From Candidatus Sericytochromatia bacterium (lineage in GTDB: Bacteria; Cyanobacteriota; Sericytochromatia; S15B-MN24; JAQBPE01): a DNA stretch of 21,432 nucleotides. Positions 16,228-21,432 of the stretch are shown here, piece by piece. The position numbers and the translations under genes are program-made. Every line of letters starts with the position of its first letter. Within the stretch, counting starts at the first letter, position 1. A model generated the notes under the pieces. It ran no database searches. It was not told the DNA's origin and saw nothing but the letters and a program-made list of their open reading frames with translations. The DNA lies in NCBI GenBank assembly GCA_035285125.1, contig JAYKHR010000103.1, positions 1 to 21,432 on the forward strand, written 5' to 3'.

Positions 16228-17088
16228 ATGCCAGAGCTGAAGGCGCTTGCGGAGAAGCTGAGCACCCTGTCGGAGCAGGCGCCCCGGGTCGAGGCGCGCA
16301 GCCTCGCGTGGCCCGCCACCTTCGACCCGGAGGCCTGGGCCTTTGCGCCAGGCCTGTCGGCCCTCGCTGGCCACCCGGCGCTGGCGGGGCTCGACGAGGC
16401 TGCTCGCAAGCGGCTGGCCTTCTTCGAGGCTGTCAACTTCTTCAGCCTGAACATCAACGGCGAGCGGGCGCTCATCGAGGGCCTGGCCCGCCGGTGCTAC
16501 CGGCCCGAGACCAGCGACATCACCGGCTACCTTCACCACTTCCTCGAGGAAGAGAGCCAGCACATGCGGATCTTCGGGGAGTTCTGCCTGCGCTACGCCG
16601 GCAAGGTCTACCCCGACCGCAAGGTGGTCTTCCCGCGCAACCACGCGGCGGGCGAGGAGGACTTCCTCTTCTGGGCCAAGATCATGCTCTTCGAGGAAAC
16701 GGCCGACGCGTTCAACGTCCGGATGATGCACGACGCGACGCTGGATCCCCTTGTGCAGGCCATCAACCGGATCCACCACCAGGACGAGAGCCGGCACCTC
16801 GCCTTCGGCCGCCGGATGGTCCGGGACCTCTGGGAGGCCCACGCCGCGAGCTGGAGCGCCGAGACGCGCGAGGGCGTCCGCGCGTACCTCGTGGGTTACT
16901 TGCAGAGCGTCTGGAAGGAGTACCACCAGCCCGGCATCTTCCGGGATGCCGGCCTGCCCGACGCCTACGACCTCTCGCTGTCGTCCTTCGAGACGAAGGC
17001 CTCTCGCGAGCGGCGCCGGACGCTCTCGCGCAGCACGCTCAGCCACCTCACCCGCCTCGGCGTGTTCGAGGAGGCGCCCTCGCTGTGA
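16228..17088 (+). CDS. AurF/CmlI-like ferritin-fold diiron N-oxygenase
   Basis: Strong SD GGAGGAGG. Diiron ligand pattern E (LNINGE) ... EESQH ... FEE ... HHQDESRH; 286 aa, helical. Confidence 0.85.
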   Translation: MPELKALAEKLSTLSEQAPRVEARSLAWPATFDPEAWAFAPGLSALAGHPALAGLDEAARKRLAFFEAVNFFSLNINGERALIEGLARRCYRPETSDITGYLHHFLEEESQHMRIFGEFCLRYAGKVYPDRKVVFPRNHAAGEEDFLFWAKIMLFEETADAFNVRMMHDATLDPLVQAINRIHHQDESRHLAFGRRMVRDLWEAHAASWSAETREGVRAYLVGYLQSVWKEYHQPGIFRDAGLPDAYDLSLSSFETKASRERRRTLSRSTLSHLTRLGVFEEAPSL

Positions 17089-17339
17089 GCCCCCCGGACG
17101 TCAAGGCGGCCGTCCGCCAGTGGATCCTGGCCCGCCACCCCGGGTACGAGCCCATCCGGCTCACGGACGACACCCCCCTCATCGAGGAGCGGCTGCTGAC
17201 CAGCCTCCAGGTGATGGACCTCCTGCTCTACCTCGAGGAGGTCACGGGCGCCCCCGTCGACGTGACGCGCCTCGGGAAGGGCACCTTCGCGACCCTGCGG
17301 GCCCTCGCCGAGGCCCTGCAGCCCGGGGGGCGGGGATGA
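17085..17339 (+). CDS. Acyl/aminoacyl carrier protein (84 aa)
   Basis: GTGA overlap with the diiron gene stop. DDTPLIEERLLTSLQVMDLLLYLEE...F.TL is the ACP helix pattern; predicted phosphopantetheinyl Ser40 at 17202-17204. Confidence 0.85.
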   Translation: MSPPDVKAAVRQWILARHPGYEPIRLTDDTPLIEERLLTSLQVMDLLLYLEEVTGAPVDVTRLGKGTFATLRALAEALQPGGRG

Positions 17340-18238
17340 CGACCTCGCTGGAGGTGCCCGGGCTCGTCTGGCGCCCGGAGGGGCAGGCGCTGCTCTCGGG
17401 CGAACTGCTGCGGCTGCTGCGCGACCTCGACGCCCTGTGGCTCCGCTGGGGCGAGGCCGTGGGGGCGCAGGAGCTCGATCCCCCGCCCATGCTGCCGGCG
17501 CGGTTCCTGCAGCGCGTCGACCACTTCGCGTCCTTCCCGCACCTCGTGACCTTTGCCTGCGTGCAAGCCGACGACGCCGGAACGCTGGCCGCCTTCGCCC
17601 GGCAGCCGTGGCGCGCCGACGGGCAGGGGCTGGCGCTGGGCGCCCTCGCACCGACGACGCAGGTGCTCACCCCGTCCGCCTGCTACCACGTCTACCATGA
17701 CCTGGTGGGCCAGGACCTGCCGGCGCCCGGGTACTTCAGCCTCTGCACGCGCTGCTTCCGGCGCGAGGCGACCTACGAGCCCCTGCGGCGCCAGTGGGCC
17801 TTCCAGATGCGCGAGCTCGTCTGCGTCGGGACGGCCGACGAGGTGAGGGCTCACCTGGCCGCCCACCGGGCCAGGCTGCTCGCGCTGTGCGAGCGGCTCG
17901 GGCTCGACGCCGCCTTCCAGCCGGCCACGGACCCGTTCTTCAACCCCGGCCGGAGCGCCAAGCACCTCATGCAGGTGCTGGATCCCACGAAGGAGGAGCT
18001 GGTGTTCGGGGGAGACCTCGCCATCGCCTCGCTGAACTTCCACCGCGACGCGATGGGGACCGCCTTCGACCTCCGGCGCGGCGGCGAGGTGGCGCAGACG
18101 GGCTGCGTGGCCTTCGGGCTGGAGCGCTGGCTGGACGCGCTGGTGCGCACGCACGGCCTCCCCGGGGCGATCGCCGCCATCCGAGGCGAGCTGGCGCGGG
18201 AGGAGGCGCCGGCGGGCGCAGCCGGGGGGAGGCCGTGA
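17336..18238 (+). CDS. Amino acid:[carrier protein] ligase (atypical SerRS-like class II aaRS homologue), 300 aa
   Basis: ATGA overlap with the ACP stop. Motifs HFASFPHL, LTPSACYHVY, CFRRE...R..AFQMRE, ATDPFF, AIASLNFHRD, TGCVAFGLERW; Cys/Glu/Cys zinc triad; no tRNA-binding N-terminal domain. Confidence 0.88.
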   Translation: MTTSLEVPGLVWRPEGQALLSGELLRLLRDLDALWLRWGEAVGAQELDPPPMLPARFLQRVDHFASFPHLVTFACVQADDAGTLAAFARQPWRADGQGLALGALAPTTQVLTPSACYHVYHDLVGQDLPAPGYFSLCTRCFRREATYEPLRRQWAFQMRELVCVGTADEVRAHLAAHRARLLALCERLGLDAAFQPATDPFFNPGRSAKHLMQVLDPTKEELVFGGDLAIASLNFHRDAMGTAFDLRRGGEVAQTGCVAFGLERWLDALVRTHGLPGAIAAIRGELAREEAPAGAAGGRP

Positions 18239-18816
18239 GCCACGCCGCCCTGGAGCTTGTGCTGCTCAACTACGCGTTCATCGCCAGCCTGCCGGCGCTG
18301 TTCTTCCGCCGGACGGGGCGCCTCCGCGCGGCCTGGTGGCTCACGGGCCTGCACTTCGGCGGCGTGCCGGCCTGCCTGCTGCTGGCCGCCGCGGGCTGGC
18401 TGCCGGGCACGTGGACGCCGCCCGCGGCCTGGCAGCCCGGCCTCACGGGCCTGGCCGTGGCCGCCTCGGCCGCCTCGCTGGTGGTGCTGGCGATGGCCCG
18501 CGGCTGCCAGCGCGTGCGCCTGGCGCAGTGGCACATGGAGAGCGACGCGCCCGCCGAGATCGTGACGTGGGGGCCCTACGCCTGGGTGCGGCACCCGTTC
18601 TACCTGGGGTACCTCCTGGCGGCGGGCGCGGCCGCCCTGCTCGCCCCCGGCCCGATCATGGCCGGCTGGGTGGGGTACACGTGGGCCGTGCTGGCGCGCA
18701 CGGCCCGGCGCGAGGAGCGGCGCCTGCTGGCCTCGGCGCTCGGGGCCGAGTATGCGCCGTACATGGCGAGGACCGGGCGCTTCCTGCCCGGCTGGAGGCG
18801 CGGCCGTGAGCCCTGA
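18235..18816 (+). CDS. ICMT/PEMT-family integral-membrane methyltransferase
   Basis: GTGA overlap. Motifs IVTWGPYAWVRHPFYLGY and EERRL....GAEY..YMARTGRFLP; several TM segments. Confidence 0.88.
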   Translation: MSHAALELVLLNYAFIASLPALFFRRTGRLRAAWWLTGLHFGGVPACLLLAAAGWLPGTWTPPAAWQPGLTGLAVAASAASLVVLAMARGCQRVRLAQWHMESDAPAEIVTWGPYAWVRHPFYLGYLLAAGAAALLAPGPIMAGWVGYTWAVLARTARREERRLLASALGAEYAPYMARTGRFLPGWRRGREP

Positions 18817-19759
18817 GGTCTACCTGAACCACCACGCGTTCGCCCTGGGCGAGGTGGCCTGCACCGTGCACGAGAGCGGGCTGGCGGGCCGCACGCGCAC
18901 GGAGGCCGCGACGCTCGCCGCGAACGGGTTCGAGCGCCACCGGATGGCGGGCGCCGGCACGACGGCCTACCAGCTTGCCCGGCAGGCCGCGGAGGCGCTG
19001 GGCGAGGCGGTCGCGGGGGCCACCACGCTCGTGTACGCCACGGCTCTGCCGCTGAACGCCAACATGGGCAGCGAGGCGGCCTTCGGCCAGAGCCGCGACA
19101 TCAAGGACCTCTCGGACTTCCCGGCAAGCCGCCTGCAGGCGGAGCTCGCGCTGGAGCAGGCCGCCGTGATCGGCCTGACGCAGCAGGCCTGCACGGCCAT
19201 GCTCGGGGCCATCCGGCTCGCCCGGGCCCTGCTCGTGGCCGAGCCCACCCAGGCCCGCATCCTGTGCGTCACGGCCGACCGCTTCCCGCCTGGCGCGCTC
19301 TACGAGCAGGCCTTCAGCCTCGTGTCGGATGGCGCCTCCGCGTGCGTGGTGTCGCGGGAGCCCGTCGGCTACCGGGTGCTGGCCTGCCACGCGATCACCA
19401 TCGGCGCGCTGGCGCAGGCGAGCGAGGACGAGATGGCCGGCAGCCACTTCGGCTTCGCCCACCGCATCATCACCGAGACGCTCGCGGCCGCGACCATGTC
19501 GATCCGGGACCTCGCCTGGATCGTGCCGCAGAACACCTCGCCGCGGGTCTGGCAGATCCTCGCCGGGGCCCTGGGCTTCCCGCTCGACCGGGTGGTGCGC
19601 GACACGGTGGCCGACGTGGGGCACGTCATCAGTTCGGACAACCTCATCAACCTGCGCGCGCTGGAGGCCACGGGGCGGCTGCGGCCGGGCGATCGGCTGC
19701 TGCTGTTCATGGCGAGCTTCGGCATGAACTGGCAGGGCCTGGTGCTGGAGAAGGTATGA
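18806..19759 (+). CDS. Atypical 3-oxoacyl-ACP synthase III (KAS III)-like acyltransferase
   Basis: QQACTAMLGAI (catalytic Cys), ILCVTADRF, SDGASACVV, WIVPQN (Gln at the His position), GHVISSD (His at the Asn position), LRPGDRLLL...FGMNW. Overlaps the preceding gene by 11 nt. Confidence 0.85.
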   Translation: MSPEVYLNHHAFALGEVACTVHESGLAGRTRTEAATLAANGFERHRMAGAGTTAYQLARQAAEALGEAVAGATTLVYATALPLNANMGSEAAFGQSRDIKDLSDFPASRLQAELALEQAAVIGLTQQACTAMLGAIRLARALLVAEPTQARILCVTADRFPPGALYEQAFSLVSDGASACVVSREPVGYRVLACHAITIGALAQASEDEMAGSHFGFAHRIITETLAAATMSIRDLAWIVPQNTSPRVWQILAGALGFPLDRVVRDTVADVGHVISSDNLINLRALEATGRLRPGDRLLLFMASFGMNWQGLVLEKV

Positions 19760-20850
19760 CGACAGGGTCGCGGACGCTCATCACCGGCGCCGGGGGGTAC
19801 CTCGGCGGGCTGCTGGCCCAGCGGCTCGTGCACGAGCTGGGCGAGCCTGTCCTGCTGTGGATCCACGCCGAGTCCGAGGCGCAGGCCGAGGCCAAGATCG
19901 CGCGCCTGCGGCCGGCCTACGCCGGGCGCGAGGAGCTGGTGACGTGGGGCTGGGGCGCCCTCGAGGCCGAAGACCCGTTCGGGCGGGTCGCGACGGACGA
20001 CCTCGGGGCCATTGTGCATGGTGCCGCCATCTACCGCTTCAACGTCGAGCCGGACGTGGCGCACCGGGTGAACGTCGAGGGCACGCGCAAGGTGCTGGAC
20101 CTGGCCGCGCGCTGCCCGGGGCTCCGGCACGTCGCGCTGCTGAGCAGCTTCTACGCCTCGGGGCTGCGGGCGGGCCCGATCGCCGAGGCGCCGCTGGAGC
20201 CCGGGGACGCCGAGGGCTTCACGAACGCCTACGAGCGGTCGAAGGCCCTCGCCGAGGACGAGGTGCTCGCGCGCCCCGACCTGCCCTGGGGCATCTACCG
20301 GGTGGGCCTCGTGATCGCCGACGACGCCGGCGGCCACGTCACGCAGCACAACGCCTTCCACCAGACGCTGCGGCTCTTCCACGGCGGCTACATGTCGGTC
20401 ATGCCGGGAGACCCCGCCAACCGCCTGTACCTCGTCACGGGCGACTTCGTGGCCCGCGCCGTCGCCGACATGGTGCGAAGCCCCGGGCGCCACCGGATCG
20501 TGAACGTGGTGCATGGCCCCGAGCACGGGGTGCCGCTGCACGAGGTCCTGTCCACGGTGCTCGAGGTCTTCCGCGAGGACCCGGCCTACCGGCGGCGCCA
20601 GCTGCCTGCACCCATCTGGACCGATATGGCAGGCTTCGAGGTGTTGCTCGAGGGGCTGGCCGGCTTCGGCAGCCCGATGGTCCGCAAGGCCCTGCAGGGC
20701 GTGGCCACCTTCGCCCGCCAGATGTTCGTGCACAAGGTGGCCGAGAATGGCAACATGCGCGAGGCGCTGCCGTGGTACGAGCCCGAGGATCAGCGGGCGC
20801 TGGTCCGGCGAGCGTCCGAGCACCTCGTGCGCAGCCGCTTCAGTCGCTGA
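19756..20850 (+). CDS. Stand-alone thioester reductase / fatty acyl reductase-like extended SDR (NAD_binding_4-like)
   Basis: ATGA overlap. ITGAGGYLG Rossmann motif, IVHGAA, VNVEGT, catalytic YxxxK (NAYERSKALAE), IYRVGLVIAD. Confidence 0.85.
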   Translation: MTTGSRTLITGAGGYLGGLLAQRLVHELGEPVLLWIHAESEAQAEAKIARLRPAYAGREELVTWGWGALEAEDPFGRVATDDLGAIVHGAAIYRFNVEPDVAHRVNVEGTRKVLDLAARCPGLRHVALLSSFYASGLRAGPIAEAPLEPGDAEGFTNAYERSKALAEDEVLARPDLPWGIYRVGLVIADDAGGHVTQHNAFHQTLRLFHGGYMSVMPGDPANRLYLVTGDFVARAVADMVRSPGRHRIVNVVHGPEHGVPLHEVLSTVLEVFREDPAYRRRQLPAPIWTDMAGFEVLLEGLAGFGSPMVRKALQGVATFARQMFVHKVAENGNMREALPWYEPEDQRALVRRASEHLVRSRFSR

Positions 20851-20913
20851 CGGCGCTCCGACAGCGACCCGCCGGGCCCTCTGCCGGGCGCTTCGCGAGC
20901 GACCAGGGCCCGC

Positions 20914-21429
20914 TCACCCCGCTTGTTGGGCCGAGGGCGAGGGGCTCGGGGCGGTGGCGGGCAGCACCTCGAAGGTCAGCCCCTCCAGGCCCGGGCCCTC
21001 GAGCCGCCAGGTGCCCGCCGTCTTGGGCGTGAACGACAGCGGCGGCGACTCGGTGGTGATGTCTCTGGTGCAGGGGCCATCTGGCGCGACCTCCTTGGTG
21101 CCGCTCAGCCGCACCGTCCGCGTGTCCTCGTCAGCCCTCGCCGTGGCGCCCACGAAGCGGGTGCACGACGACGAGCCGACCACCGCGGTGGCGTTCAAGC
21201 TGACGACCTGGCCGACGCGGGCCGCCGTCGGCACCTCCGCCGTCCAGCTCACGGCCTCCGTGGCCCACCCGTCGTCGGGGTCCGCTGACGCCGCGGGCTT
21301 CTTGACAGGGCTCGCGGACGCCGTGGGCCTGACGCTGGCGCTGGGCCTGGCCGTGGGGCCGACGAGGGCGCCCTCGAAGCGGCAGCCCGGGAGGATTCCC
21401 AGCAACAGGGCCAGGCCGGCCGCTCGCAT
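20914..21429 (-). CDS. Hypothetical lipoprotein with a small two-cysteine beta domain
   Basis: Lipobox ILPG-C, Pro/Ser/Ala linker, SSCTRF...GPCTRD cysteine pair, F.P..AGTW.L. The start lies at the window edge. Confidence 0.7.
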   Translation of the reverse strand: MRAAGLALLLGILPGCRFEGALVGPTARPSASVRPTASASPVKKPAASADPDDGWATEAVSWTAEVPTAARVGQVVSLNATAVVGSSSCTRFVGATARADEDTRTVRLSGTKEVAPDGPCTRDITTESPPLSFTPKTAGTWRLEGPGLEGLTFEVLPATAPSPSPSAQQAG

Positions 21430-21432
21430 CCG

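Noticed and set aside
16133..16240. Short ORF as a RiPP precursor for the diiron enzyme
   Set aside because: No leader/core pattern, RRE or peptidase; the carrier-protein logic already explains the operon.
13782..16475. 897-aa minus-strand ORF and other long Arg/Pro/Gly-rich alternative-frame ORFs (e.g. 11505..13604, 14750..16240, 19369..20823)
   Set aside because: They overlap well-supported genes, have low-complexity frame-shadow composition and lack family motifs.
17336..18238. Housekeeping seryl-tRNA synthetase (serS)
   Set aside because: Only 300 aa, no tRNA-binding coiled-coil arm, has the Cys/Glu/Cys zinc motifs of aa:carrier ligases and is coupled to a carrier gene.
18806..19759. 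Primary-metabolism fabH
   Set aside because: The His and Asn catalytic positions are substituted and the context is not a fab/plsX operon.

Overview
High-GC bacterial chromosomal window with no integrase, transposase, CRISPR array or prophage gene. Left part: 3' end of an upstream gene, a small glycine-zipper membrane protein, tRNA-Glu(CTC) on the minus strand, a modB-modA pair without modC, a DUF1295 + Cfa/CNMT-like methyltransferase pair, and a LuxR-type regulator with a degenerate receiver domain. Middle: three consecutive surface lipoproteins (a 1142-aa multi-Ig-like protein, a 545-aa protein with five LIAAGGQN repeats, and a 307-aa protein resembling the N-terminal part of the first), a sodium:solute symporter, a small stand-alone MshEN (c-di-GMP-binding motif) protein and a REP/RIME-like palindromic element. 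The highlight is a compact, largely translationally coupled 7-gene operon at 13881-20850: MMPL exporter, AurF-like diiron N-oxygenase, carrier protein, SerRS-like amino acid:carrier-protein ligase, ICMT/PEMT-like membrane methyltransferase, atypical KAS III (Cys/Gln/His-Asp) and a stand-alone thioester reductase. It looks like an NRPS-independent assembly line for an N-oxygenated, probably lipidated amino-acid derivative, and I cannot match it to a characterised pathway. The protein style suggests Candidatus Sericytochromatia, but that is an unverified impression. All calls come from reading motifs by eye; no database search was run.
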